A stretch of 64,000 nucleotides of DNA, filler included, from Asterionella formosa (GCA_002256025.1; 12 parts of 12 records of this genome joined end to end with filler, not necessarily neighbours in it), one strand, 5' to 3'. Shown: positions 1 to 13,519, counted from the whole stretch's first letter. Notes: generated by a model from the letters alone, not told the origin. Translations and numbers: made by a program.

Positions 1-589
1 TATAGGGTTAGTGTTATATCATTTATATCAGAATTCAATAATGAGAGAACTCGACTAACCCTTATGTATTGTATACTTTGGTGTCGACTCAGAAGACGAG
101 CTGCACACAAAGAATAACTATTAAGCTCATATTATTCAACAAATACTACTACTTCTAGTTAGATACTCCACTTTGAATTCAAAAAGATTCCAATTAGCTA
201 AAATTAATAGTCATGCTGATGTACTGTCCTCTCAAGTTCTAGTGGTACCATTGATGAAGGATAACAACATACTAAATATCAAGACTCAGCCCTCTTTGTG
301 TATCCTTACAAGAAGCCAGGTCGATGTTTGGAGTTTTTCAACTAAGATATAATCAATTGATGTTCAGGGGAAGCTTGTTGATTGATTTCAGAAAATCCTG
401 TGATATGGCTAACACATATATCTTCAGTCCAGCAGATTCCTTACTTGCTCTCCTAGTACTGCTACAGAATATGCTTATAGATATCGTCTTGTCTGACTGG
501 ATAAGATTCTCCAAATCATAATCAATTTTGCTATCATCTTGGTGTTGCATGTGACTCAGCAAAATTTGTAGTTGCATAATGCCCTGATC

Positions 590-1050
590 AGTGTAGGTAT
601 CTGTGAATCCATAAGCACCCGCCTACTACTAAGGAAGCAAGGGGGGCCGAAAAATAATAACCTTTTTGTATGTGAATTGAATCCCATTCGTGGCAGTATT
701 GTGGGGAAGTAGGACTGATCTAGCTATTGTGGCGCACTCTTGTTGATTGAGGGTTGACCCACACAGAGGGTACTTCATAGCGGGTCACATCATCACCCTG
801 TATGCTAACATAACTTCGTTCCGTTTAAGAGTAGATGCTGATATGTTTTGGCTCATAGTCCTGTCTTTCTATATCAGGTAAGCCATCTCATTGTTGTTGT
901 TGCCATTGGAGCTAGCCTTGCCCCGAGGTTACGTGGTTCCATGCTTGAGTTTTTTTGTGGGATGACAGAGAATATCTGCTATTGATGACCGGATGACAAT
1001 GCTATCTCTACGTTCATGTCTTGTGGATGTTTGAGAATCATCTCATCATG
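590..1050 (-). mobile_element. Degenerate non-LTR (LINE, Ambal-like) fragment from just after the RT domain
   Basis: The minus strand reads PAMKYPLCG and, frameshifted, PTILPRMGFNSHTK, like the post-RT region of protist LINEs; broken reading frames. Confidence 0.4.
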
Positions 1051-1299
1051 TAACAGCTCCCATTCCATTACTACATAAAAGCATCTTCTATTGCCAGTGC
1101 GCAACCTGTTGTATATAGCAACTGCTCCCAATATTCTGTTTCTTGCATTGAATTGGAGAGCTCCTGAAGGTCCCCGCTGTCTAGAGCTAGCAGTAGGTTC
1201 GTGTCATCCACGTACGTTTTGGCTGTACGATTTTGTGTCCTGGTGCCATACCTACAACATGTCATGTTACAAAATCTGATTCGTTTCGTTCCCCAATTC

Positions 1300-1892
1300 G
1301 TCCTGGGTACACCACTAAAAAAAGGACAAATAAATAAGGCCATCTCCCAACAAAACGCTCTAGGTAATATAATGACACTAAGGGGGAGCAAAGAGCGGAG
1401 AGTGGAGAACAGGCAGAGATACACAGCCCAACGCAGGATCCAAGTCCGACACAACAAATCTGGAACCTATGGGTGAAAACGGCAATTTCACAACTCTGGA
1501 AAGTCACGGAGGGAGCATGGCATGAAAGGAACCAGGCAATAAACAATGGACAGAATAAATCGATATTACAATCAGAATACGATGAAAAAATTAAAAAAGT
1601 GTATCAACACAAAGGGGAAATCTCGAGTAGAGATGAGCACCTTTTTGGTACTCCTTTGGAGGATCTACTAAAACGAAGATTGGGAAAAGACCAGATTTTT
1701 GGAAAGAACCAAACACTTAGTCGCGGATTCAAAAGTATGGGCAGAGAAAGGTCAAAAATCAATAAGCTCCTCCTATCAACCAATACCCCCAGTTACGACA
1801 CAAACCAAGTAATAGCAATGACAAGAAATGGGGATATACAGAAAATCATTCACCCAATCAACACTCACCCTCCAATTCTCAAGCTGACATGA
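1300..1892 (+). mobile_element. Degenerate LINE (Ambal-like) ORF C-terminal fragment
   Basis: KAISQQNALG...RG...ISQLWKVTEGAWHERN matches the AI-QQ-xxG...LW...W-RN C-terminal pattern of these LINEs; frameshifted. Confidence 0.5.
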
Positions 1893-3942
1893 ACAGTGCA
1901 GTCAAAGGGAACCGATTCAAGATCAAAGCTACCACAAATGTTTTAATCCTACTTCTTCAAGAGGAGTTGAACACCCATGAAATGTTCCACCGCCCCACAG
2001 TACAAGGGCCATGGAGTGCAACGACGACAAACCTGGAAATAGACTAGAAAAAATGAGCTATAAATACGATTAATATATATACTTTGAACAACAAGGCAAA
2101 CAAATAGATTTTGGCGATAGCTGTCAATCGTCAATCCTGTCAAACCTTTTTGTCGCAATGAAGCAAGTGGTTGCTTTACGATTCAATGGTATACTGGAGT
2201 GTACCAGGTATCCCCATCAATTGTGCTCGAAATGACTGCCCTCCCCCTTTTCACAATTCGCATGTACATACATATCATGTTGGCCCATCTCTTAGATGTG
2301 ATTTTGTTTACCACTTCTAGCAGTCCTTACACTATAAATCCTGATTTTTAAACAGATGAGTGCGAATTGCATGTTATGATACAAGTTAAAGTATTTCTTT
2401 GCAATGAAAATTTGAACTAGTATCTAGACTCAACAAAATCGTGATATTATTCACGTTCACACTTGCAACCAATGAAGTCCTCTAGTAGTTCAAAGACATC
2501 TTTGTTTCGGTTCCTTGAAGCATGATTGATTTCATTTCGATAATTTGTGTTTATAATAGCAAACATTCCTATTGCAATAATGTCGAAGATGCACCAGGAT
2601 AAAACAAGTGGAATTCTTTTTGAGTCCAGGATCGATATTTTTAGTAATTAGAAACCAAGACATTCTATGTCTATGTTGCGATGAATTGGGATGCTTCTTT
2701 GTTGTCATATGATTTTAGATGCTCAATTATCATTGTATAAGCAAGTCAAATCATATTGAAATGATCAAAATTACTTTAGAAATCATGAAAGAGCAAGATC
2801 AGATAGACTGCTAACAAATAGCTCACAATATTGCAAAGTGTAAAGTGAAATAAGTTTTCAGCTTTGGTGATCTTGAAATTAAGATCTGTGATATTCTCAA
2901 CGAATGTTATAACGAGCGAACGTTGAGCTATTGTCGTCCATAAAAAATCGGCATTTTCTACCGACTCCAAAATGTCGGAATCAGAACCACATAGCGCCGA
3001 AACGTCATCATCTGAATCCGAGTCTTGTGATCCAATATTTAGTCGGAAAATTTCCAGCACCAAAAATTCCATTGTATGTGCGCGCAATATTATATATGTA
3101 CTGATTGGCTATTGCGAAATATTTTCCACCGTGTGATTGTGCGAGGAATCGCAAACCCACACCGGCCGCATTGGATACACATGAATAACATTTCCTTGGG
3201 TGTACCGGTAGGCCAGTATCATATCTACTTTGGGTACCAGTAGATGATCATCATTGAACATTATACGTGTACCAATCGTTGAGTGCACTTTCAAATATTT
3301 GCCGAACCGCAGGGTCATATCTAAGAAACAAAATCGTTGGTACATGTACATATAGCGATGTACAATGTCTATATATTTATTTAGCGAATTCGAAAAGGAA
3401 TCTATGTACGCATGCGCAAAATTCCACTGATTTGAATATTTCAAATGGAATCATGTCATTCCAAAATAGCTCATATAAATTCTTAGTTCTAGGGAATTTC
3501 GGCAACCCTAAGCAATATTTTATTTTTTGCCTTAGGGTTCACATGCAGCAACCCTAACATTTGCAATAATTGTATGAAAAATGTGAAAGAAGTCGATGAA
3601 TGCATTGTTGCAGGCGATGGTAAAAAAAGTCAATGGAAAGGAATGCCGAGATGTCTGGATGCAAAACAAAGCGACCAATGAGGCACTCTTGCTTATGAAT
3701 GTACCAGATATACCTAGTAATTTTCATAAAAACATTGTTAGCATAGGTACTTTTGTACGCAATGGTAAATGCAAACTTGGAATGAAGAAAAGCAAAATGA
3801 CTTCGAGAAAACAAGCCAAGCTGCAACGCTGAGTTTCAAACGTGATCATTCTGACATCTTCTTGTACTAGCTATTTCCAAGGAACTCGTAGAATTTGCCC
3901 AGTTAGGAGTGATATTTTTCTGCAGAGGTCATCACACCGAAA

Positions 3943-5258
3943 TTGACCAGTATGGCCATTAATGAATCTCACGCTACATATGGACATATTGGGGAAGCAG
4001 CGTTGTGGGTTACTTTGAAATTGCTTGGTATTATGATGACAGGTCTTATGTATTCATGTGAGGGATACACACTAGCCAAGGCTAAGGGAAAAAGTGTTCC
4101 TAAAGTGACTATGATCAAGGCTACTCAACCAGGCAAACGTTTATGCACAGATATCAGCGGTCTATATAAATAGTCGATTTTGGAAACGGCTATTGGATGC
4201 TTGTTGTTGATGACTACTCTTGAAAATTTTGGAATTTCTTTGTCAAGAAGAAGTCACAACTTGCTTCAAAGAATGACGATCTGTTGACTGCACTGAAGAC
4301 GGCTGAGTACGATACGAAGTTTCTCCGTTTCGACAATGCATGCGAAAATGTCTCAGGTTTGATGAAATTATTCAAATTGCGTTTACAGCATCCTATACGC
4401 CAAAACAGAATGGAATTGTTGAGATAAAGTGTGTAACCATTTGTCAACAAGCAATGGCAGCAATCTTTGCTGAAAAATTCAATGATGAATTTCAAGGTTT
4501 ACTTTGGGCAGAGGCAATCAACAACAACACAAGAATCACGAACATTGTGGCCACATCTAAAATGATGTAAAGGGTGCATATGAGGGGTTTTACTATAAAG
4601 TTCCAATGATTTACAATCATCTAATGCAGTTTAGTAGGATTGGATTGGTGAAAATCGGTGCAAAGAAGACAAATAAACTTGAAGAAAGCAAGGGCATTAA
4701 ATATGTGTGGTTGGTTATTATCATTATCATGCTGGAGACACATATCCAATGTTTAATCCTCAGACACGAAAGATTGTAATCAGTCAAAACATTTGCTGAG
4801 TTGATTAACATGGTCAAAAAGGAGGCCAATTGCAGGTTGGAAGGATTTCAATGTGGAAGGGGCCACAGAAATATTTCACATTCCAAGTGAGAATGACAAG
4901 CAGGACGAAGATGTTGTTCCTGTTGTGCCGCCTTTGCGGGATATTGTTCTGGAAACACTTGTTCCAATTGTGAACCAACTCAATTTCAGCTTTCCGAAGC
5001 AGTGATGAAGTTAGATGATGAGATCAATAAAGACGCTTCGAAGAAGGCAAAATTGGAACGAGAATTGAAATGCCTTGACGGTTGGAAAGAAGTTACTGGC
5101 AAATGTAGTGATTGGCGCAACTTCCAACTTGATGAGAAGTACAAAGGATCAATTGAAGAGATAGATTATTCTGAATTGGACAATCAAGATGATGATGAAT
5201 TGTTTCAAAGTGAAGAAGTCATAGAGAGGTTCTATGCTTCAGATCCTGGAGAGTCAAA
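3943..5258 (+). mobile_element. Decayed Ty1/Copia LTR retrotransposon pol (GAG-pre-integrase, integrase core, linker up to the RT start)
   Basis: HATYGHIGE...CEG zinc motif, TDISG, VVDDYS, RFDNACEN, YTPKQNGIVE, LWAEA, and SDPGE at the contig end; multiple stops and frameshifts. Confidence 0.85.
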
Positions 5259-5358
5259 NNNNNNNNNNNNNNNNNNNNNNNNNNNNNNNNNNNNNNNNNN
5301 NNTTAATTAATTAANNNNNNNNNNNNNNNNNNNNNNNNNNNNNNNNNNNNNNNNNNNN
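5259..5358. other. Artificial contig linker (N44-TTAATTAATTAA-N44); also at 10616, 15966, 21315, 26661, 32001, 37338, 42674, 48010, 53346 and 58681
   Basis: The same 100-nt spacer with six-frame stop codons recurs about every 5.3 kb; contig lengths fall steadily from 5258 to 5235. Confidence 0.98.
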
Positions 5359-5635
5359 CGGTACTGTTTTTTGAAATTTGTTTGCATCAATATTTTCTAC
5401 GTCTGTTAGAACAAATTATTTACTTGCAGACCATTCAAATGGTGTACTAAGTCACAACCCATTTGTATCATTATTTATACGAAAGTATTCTGGTAGCAAA
5501 TTGTTTAAGCCCCTTATTTGGGCGGGAGTTCTTCATGTGTACCGGTACATCATACGACAATAACATTTATCATATATATAGAGAGTACCAGTAGCAGGTA
5601 GGAAGTGATATACTGGGGGTACCAGGTATTAAGGG

Positions 5636-6072
5636 AGCAACAGAACACCATATGTTCATGACTGTTGCTACTGCAGTGGGACAGTAAATCATCATAGTTT
5701 AAGGATCATATGATCATAAAATTGAAAAAGGATAAAGGGGGTAGTAAGCGAGCTACAGAGCACCATATGTTCATGACTGTCGCTACTGCAGTGGGACATT
5801 AAATCATCGTAGTTTTAGGATTGTATGATCATAAAATTAAAAAAGAATAGTCGGAGTAGTAAGCAAGAAATAGAACACCATACGTTCATGACTGTTGCTA
5901 CTGCAGCGGGACAGTAAATCATCATAGTTTTAGGATTGTACGATCGTAAAATTGAAAGAGAGTAGTCGGAGTAGTAAGCAAGCAACAGAACACCATATGT
6001 TCATGACTGCTGCTACTGCAGCGGGACAGTAAATCATCATATTTTTAGGATTGTATAATCATATAATTGAAA
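5636..6072 (+). repeat. 115-bp tandem repeat, about 3.8 copies
   Basis: CACCATA(T/C)GTTCATGACTG starts at 5646, 5761, 5876 and 5991, an exact 115-bp period. Confidence 0.95.
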
Positions 6073-6160
6073 ACAAGATATGCTATTACTCAAACTCGGT
6101 TCTGATGTTGTGCATTATAATGTAAATAGCACTGTTGGTTTTATGGTATCATATCTAGAC

Positions 6161-6265
6161 AGAGAAGGTAAAGTCGCGTGTCCGTCAGTTATGTTCCATC
6201 AGATTTGAATAAGTCCAATGACAAGAGCACTTACCAATTTAGCTTTGTTTTGTTTTACATAGTTG
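6161..6265 (+). repeat. Dispersed direct repeat; second copy at 10501-10615
   Basis: AGAGAAGGTAAA...GTCCGTCAGTTATGTTCCATCAGA...GCACTTACCAATTT is near-identical at 6161 and 10501, with unrelated sequence upstream of each. Confidence 0.9.
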
Positions 6266-6430
6266 CTCTTTACTACGATATTTCTTTTCATGAAGCAGGC
6301 ATTGTTTGTTAACACGACGGAACGATTTCAAATATATTTGCCATGTATATAGTTATTAAGTTTGTAAATATATAAATATATCAAGTGTTGTACATTTATA
6401 AAAATCAAAGGCACTCTCAATATGGAACGT

Positions 6431-6633
6431 CTGGTATCCTACCAAGAAATTCGAATAAAGGAATCTAATAGAAACAATAGATAGAATAATGAAATATATG
6501 TAGTCAAAAAGGTTACTATTTAAGTTATAAGGGCATTTATCAAAATTATTAGATGATATAATGAAAAATTATGATCAGATGATCACAATCTTATGATGCA
6601 TCATGGAAATATGATATTTTTTATTTGTAGACG
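6431..6633 (+). mobile_element. Conserved terminus of an unclassified repeat element, copy 1
   Basis: About 200 bp homologous to 13311-13519 (+) and 26204-26411 (-); all end at TTTATTTGNAGACG. Confidence 0.8.
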
Positions 6634-8660
6634 TTCACAATACAATAAGCAAGCATTTCACAAATATTCTTACCTCAGATGAGTACTACAACACACTTCT
6701 GCATGAAATGACCAATTGTGGATCTCAACAGAGGCCAACTCACAAGATTGGCTTGACCAAGTAGCAACCTCATAATTCAAATGGTTTCATGCACGAATTG
6801 CAAAAATCCTGTGGAACAGCAAAGAAAAAACCTTCATAAATGTACCCATGTATGATGAATTGACACACCTTATCAATATTTTCACTGCACAGTGTCCCTT
6901 TAAATGGGAGGCACCACTTGGCCATCTTATCCCAAGATGCGCTGACTATGACTCCCTTGGCGATGCGTGCTTGAGAGGAGGAGGAGGTTTCTCCATTACC
7001 TTGATCTTTTGGTGGCAGATCACCTGGCCATTATCTCTCCAGCTTCGTACACTCTTGAACCTAAAGAGAAAGGATCCAGCCCTGCTATCCAGTAACTTGT
7101 TTGAGTATTTGAGCATAATTGTTAATCTGGCAGCGTGCATTGAAGCGATTGGACAAATACACAACAAGAACTCACCACCAGACCCTGTAGTCCAAATATG
7201 GACAGACAACACAGCAGCATCTGCATGGACCAGAAAATTTTCAAGTGGTACAGGAACCACAAACGAAAGCAAGTCCTTGGCAGGACTATTTTGTTACATC
7301 CTCATGCACTGGCGAATTGGTTTATCAGGCTCCTATACCAAGGGAGAGGAAAATGTTTTAGCTGACAAAATCTCCCGAACACTTGATCACACCCATTTTC
7401 AAATTGACTCACATTTTCATGTTGCTACCCAATCTCTCAAACAACAGATTCCCGAGATCCAAGGCTTGAGGTGTTTCCGACCAAGTCCCAAGTTACTCAA
7501 GCTCCTGAACTCCGCGCTCTCTACTGGATCTGTAATTATTCCCACAACCAAAATTCAGCTAGGACAGCTCAGTCACATGTAAGACATTCCATGAAATATT
7601 GCAGACAAAAACAGATTGACCCTTACCTGAAAACATACTTCCAACACCAACGCAACATCCAGATGGCTCTCTATGCCCAACACCTTCTTGCCCTTGGAAA
7701 CACAATCCATGGCACATTGTTGGAACGAGACACAATTGACGGATACACCTGTCATGTTGCCCAACACTTACTAAACCATTTCCGATAGTTAATTGTCAAT
7801 GACGCAAAAATTCTCCTCAATCCTTGGATCACCTCTCAACACACAGGACTTTGCTATGATTTGCAAAAAATCCTTGAGGAAATCACTCAATGGGAACACA
7901 GGCCCCAAAAAGCAAACCCTTTTACCAAAGAAATGCTTAATATCCTCTGCAAACAAGCACGAAAAGAATCCAACCCAAACAGCCTCACCGCATCCTTGGC
8001 TGATTGGCTAACCCTGGCCCTGTGCACTGGTTTACGCTAGTCTGAATATTGCCAACACTCAACACATACAAACAGGGGCACAATAGCTTACAACAATGAC
8101 AATGAGCCAAAGGCATTCTTAGCACAAGAATTTTGTTTCTTTGTCACCAATGAACACACAATCTCTGCAACACAAGCCATCATCATATTATCGCCGTTCA
8201 ATATCTCCAAAATTGAAATAACCTTGCGACGTCAAAAAAATTCAGAAGTTGATCAAACCCGCAACCTAGTAAGAGATGACAACCATCCTAAACATTGCCC
8301 AATCCACTCTATCCCTCGAATTTTTGTCCGAGCAAAAGACCATCACATACCCCCACTACACCCACTCTGTACATACACCATGGTGGATTGTCATCTAACC
8401 TCCACAGTAAAACTCATCAATGACCTGGAAATACGAGAAAAGATGAAAACTTAGCAAGCATTGTACAAAAAGTCAATGAACCCCTTGACCTAGCAAAATA
8501 CTCAACTCACTCTGCACGAGTAGGCGCTTATGTTCTTCTGTTCCTGGCCCACAAGCCAAAAGACATCATCCAATACTGCCTTCATTGGAAGAGTGACTCT
8601 TGGAAAGAATACCTCTGGCACCTCCCAGCAATGGCCCAACAACAAGTCTCAGCCATTAAT
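6634..8660 (+). mobile_element. 5'-truncated, decayed tyrosine-recombinase (DIRS/Ngaro-type) retrotransposon: RNase H then YR
   Basis: RNase H motifs GDAC...GGG, SNLFEY, WTDN, GEENVLADKISR (ORF 6848-7582). Then YR motifs across frameshifts: TGLR*SEY, RQKN, YSTHSARVGA, HWKSDSWKEYL. Confidence 0.85.
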
Positions 8661-11600
8661 AGCACCACTACATACTCCAATGTGAAAGACTCCGGTTGTA
8701 TCCCACCTCTACCCACCGGAACAATGGCAACGCATGTAGTCAGTGTAAAAAATAAGCAACACAGCCCATTGAAATCGCGTTTATTTGCTCAGTACGCTCC
8801 ACCTCCACGACGATGTACCGTTCCGCTATAACCCTTATTCAACGACGCCCTTTCATTCCATCAAAACAACAACAAAACCAACGAACGCCGACATCAAACA
8901 ACCAGTGTACCGGTAGTATAGGCATACCACTCCATCTGCCGGACGCACATCACGGGTGGCGGGTGTATTACACATATTATAATAGTGCCTTGTACACAGA
9001 TTACCTGGTACCGGTATGCCGATTCCGACAAAGGACTGTCTGTGTATATAATATTTTATATACTACCAGGTACCAGGTACCGGCATCTATCACCGATACA
9101 TACAAATGCCTCATAGATGTGGCTACTTATCGGTTGAGACACCATACCAGTCACCATATGCATAGCATGCAACACGGTAGACAAATATACCCACAATATC
9201 CGTCAGATGCCGTACACACATGTGTTAACGGCCTTAACGGAGGTCGAAGGGGAGTGGGGGAGGGGGTGTACAGCAGATACTACTGTTGCGCAAATCCCAC
9301 GGTAGAATTAACAGATTACCCACAGTAAACCACAGCATAGTACCAGGTACCCCTCTCACACAAACAATCATCAAGCGGCCAACTATCACGCTACGCTTAC
9401 TTGGGACAGGTACCAGGGCTTGTACGCATACACCGTACCAGGTACCATCACACAGCATAGTCCTCACTACACTCGAACACATTGCTTGTCCGCATTATTA
9501 CATGGACGAGTTTTCGAGCCTCAAAGGCGCGACTAGATATTTAGCCTGCCTTTGATACTGGCGAGTACTAAGCTAAAAGCTTCGTTTCTCCCATACTCAG
9601 ATATAGCATTGTCAACTCTTATTAGGCAATTTCTACTACCCGTAGTCTAGTACAACTTCCGTACTGCTCTATACTTTTGTCCCGCGTGTACAAGCGTGAG
9701 GATTGAAGACAATGCATGTGAATTCCCATGAATTCTCCTAAATAACATGAAAGAACGGACGCGATGGGCCAGGAGACACCTACACCATAAGAAATAAACC
9801 TCGCTAATCGAATCGAAGGAGTCGAAGAGATAGTAATATAGTGACCATGTGACTGCTAAGTTCCAGCTTTAGAGTTGAATCGAACAACCAAGGAGTTGCC
9901 AGCTGAAGTAAGGGAGAATCAGCTCAACTCTATGCTATCATGTGAATTGTTTCATCATAAATCTATCTCAAACATGATCATAATTCTAATCACAAGAATT
10001 GTTCAAAAAGGATTGGAATGGAACATAATTTAATTAAGAAATTTAACAATGATATTTCTGTTTCGACAGCTACCCAAGGACAGTTTCTCTCCTCACCATT
10101 CGTCTAAGTGTATACTCCTGTCTCGCCCTTTCCTTCCTCTATTCTGAATCTTGTGCCAAGCAGTGCCTTACTTATGTTGCGTCTCTTTCCCTGCTGTTAG
10201 TGTCATTCTAAACTCGCCAACTATTCCGTTGTTTGATCGGCTTTATTGTCCTAGGCAGTGACAGTACCAATGAGAAGGTACAACTTGTTAGCTAGACATG
10301 TTAAACTGACACAACATCACGCCATTCCATCGTATCATCTTGCTTGCTTCACTTACCACAGCCAAATCAAAGCAAATGATGCATAAGTCTGTAATAGCAG
10401 TAAGTTGTCAGTAGCTAAATTCTAGAATAGGTAAGTATCAAGTTGCTTTCCAATGTTGCCGAATAAAACTTACCGATTCATTTTCGTTACCTTAACTTTG
10501 AGAGAAGGTAAAATGGCGTGTCCGTCAGTTATGTTCCATCAGAAGTGAATAAGTCCAATGACAAGAGCACTTACCAATTTTGCTTTGTTTTGTTTTGTTT
10601 TACTTTACATTGGTGNNNNNNNNNNNNNNNNNNNNNNNNNNNNNNNNNNNNNNNNNNNNTTAATTAATTAANNNNNNNNNNNNNNNNNNNNNNNNNNNNN
10701 NNNNNNNNNNNNNNNATCAATTTTGATTATACATAATTCAAATATATACAATGCATGATGAGTTCATAGTTTTCCACGACCTGTTGAGTTTTTTCAATTT
10801 TTGTTGTGTCAATTCTTGTACCTACAAGTCAGTGGCTGATTTAATTAAGCCCCTTAATAAACGGGAGTCATCACCAATTTTTCAAATGGTCGAAATCATA
10901 CATTTATGTATATAGACATATTGACCAAAATTCATATGGCCTACCGGTAGTCCTGTATAATTGCTGGTAATTACTTCCATCATGGAAATACCACAATAGT
11001 GCAGCGGAATACTGAATATGCTCATGTGTTTAGGATCATTTGATCATATTTTTAAGATCGATTGATCCTGATTCTTGAAAATAAATGTTGATCGTTCATT
11101 TTCTCATCAACGACACCGTTTATCATATGATCAATATGTTATGATCAAAGGTATAGGATAAACGAATCTAAATTCATTGATTAAAGATCATAGTTTATAC
11201 CGGAGTAGTTGCTCATGCGTGCAACCCCTTCCTCCCCCTGTATACAGTACGGAAGTGATAACCCCCAAGCTACCAAATTTTTATGTCTTGTAAGAATTAT
11301 CGCAGCATGCATGCATACATGACTCCTAATGGTATATACAATGCGGGAGTGATGACCACCAGACTACCAATCCTATAGTAGGTCCTGTAGAATTATCGCA
11401 ATATGGATGCATATCTAATGAAAGGGCGGGAGGAGTGATCCATGCACCTGTATAGTATGAAATAAGGAAATGATCAAATATGGCTAGTCTACACAAGGAG
11501 CAGTGCATCATATATGCCCTGCTGTTGTTATTTTAATTCCTATGAAATCTCGCTCTTGATCTGTTCTGCGCTTTTTCGCCACAATTGTTTTCATTGGCTG

Positions 11601-13099
11601 TTTCACTGGACAGCATTCGAATTGATTGTGATTTGAACGAAGCAATGATCAAAGTCCATCCCATTGGAGAATGGTGAGTCTTACAACTAATTATCAGCCA
11701 GTCATGGACTGTATTTTGTGCACCCTCGCTCGTTGTGTTTGTACTTGACTTGGCAGCTGTCAGCCAAGAGCAGCCATGGCATGTCACCATTTATTGTCAA
11801 TACAAGTTTCGAATGCGTTCAGCTATGATATCTTTTGCTCCCCCCTCCTAAACACTATCTCACCACCCTTGTCGTAGATTTTTCTTTATCCTTTGGCTTC
11901 ACAGGCCCAGGTTACTCAATGCCTTCATCTGCAAGGAGTTCAGCCAAGCAGGTCCACGTTGGCGTCAAGAAAACCTCAACCCCGATTTTCCTCACATGCT
12001 CCACCCATTGACTTCTTCATTGATGAAGTCGAAGTAGCTATTCTGACGACATCAGGTGGCGCAGGCTTGTGTATAGATTGATGATGCTGAAAGCATTGCT
12101 TCCTTTTCCGGTAGGTATCTATTTGTCAACATTGTTTGGTTCAATCCATTCTTGTTCCTGCAAGGAGACCAGAAGCAATTATCCCTTTACTTCTCCTCCC
12201 AAGAACCTTCATTTCTCTTTCACAATTGTCCTGATGATGTTTGCAGAGCACCATTTTTAGTTCCCTTTTGATTTTTCCACTGGTTTCGATCCCTTTTGCA
12301 TTCAAGTCAAGAAACAAGCAACTCATTGAGATTTCTTGAGAGTTTTTTTCAGTCAACAGATCATGGCGGCTGTTCTCCATTTTCTGTAGCAAGTGACATT
12401 CAAGAAGGGTCTGGGATCATTGGGAAGAAAATTAGTAGGATTCTCTGTGTTTCCCCCGCCCATTTGGCAGCCATTCTACCATTGCTTCCTCTCACCAATC
12501 AATACTAGCTAGTATAGCTAATGAAAACCGTAATTAGCTAGATGAAATGTGACTTCCGGTTTCTAATATTTTACATTGTTGCACTACTGAAACTTGAATC
12601 CATAAATGGGCATTCAACTTGTGCTTCTTGCATTTTTGCAGTATAGACTGGCTGGTGTTTGATAGGCCAAAGTGTCTCGCTTTTCATGAACATCGACAAG
12701 GTACTAGTGCTTTTGTCGAGGTTTGTGTCTAAATCCAACTGCTGCCATCCATTGAAATATTCCAGATACATCCAAGAATACGCTCCTTTCTTCAAAGGTA
12801 CGGAACTAGTACAATGACAAAGAAAATCTAATGAGACATGAAAATTATGAAACCAGAATCACTCTGTTACTATAAATAGACGGCACAGTCTAATGCTTCG
12901 TTGTGCATATCGCCTGCTATGCTGCTTTTCAATTCTAGATGTATTACGTTCTTGTTAGAGAGACGATGTTACGGAGAAGTAGATTGTGCTGTTCTATAAT
13001 GGATGTTGTTGTTTAGCTATGATTGAGGTTGTAACACTGACCGATGCTCTGGTGACAAACCGGAAATATTCGTCTTTTGTGATGAGCCATTTCGTTTTC

Positions 13100-13519
13100 A
13101 TTGGATTTCTTTTCAAACTCTTAACGGATTGCATAGTACAAACATACTGTGCAATGTAGATGATGATTCATCGAAGACATATGATGGCTTGAACGACAAA
13201 TGAAGATTTTACCACAAAATCTCGTTCCTCTCGACATGGCTGCTTTGTCGTTGTTGCAAGAATCAGAGTGAGGACTGGAGAGGATGATGAGCCAAACCAC
13301 ATTACTTTCACTGGTACATTCTCCTACCAAAAAAATTTAAATAAAGGAACCTAAAAGAAACAATAAATATAATAATTGAATTTCCATAGTCAAAAGGGTT
13401 ACTATTTAAATTACAAGGGCATTTATCACAATTATTAGATGATAAAACGAAAAATTATGATCAGATGATCATAATCCTATGATGCATCATGGAAATATGA
13501 TGGTTTTTATTTGCAGACG
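13100..13519 (+). mobile_element. Conserved terminus of the unclassified repeat element, copy 2
   Basis: Homologous to 6431-6633 and, over a longer stretch, to 26204-26660 (-). Confidence 0.75.

Noticed and set aside
5259..5358. Recurrent TTAATTAATTAA within N runs as a biological repeat
   Set aside because: It is an artificial six-frame-stop linker; genes on either side are not neighbours.
5636..6072. CRISPR-like array (also considered for 16300-17010 and 17398-17538)
   Set aside because: Whole units repeat with no unique spacers; eukaryotic context and no cas genes.
8631..9555. Short ORFs downstream of the YR
   Set aside because: No recognisable motifs; low-complexity, GGTACC-rich sequence, probably non-coding.
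11326..13100. Short ORFs in contig 3 as genes
   Set aside because: Fragmentary with no family signature; possibly decayed interior of the unclassified element.
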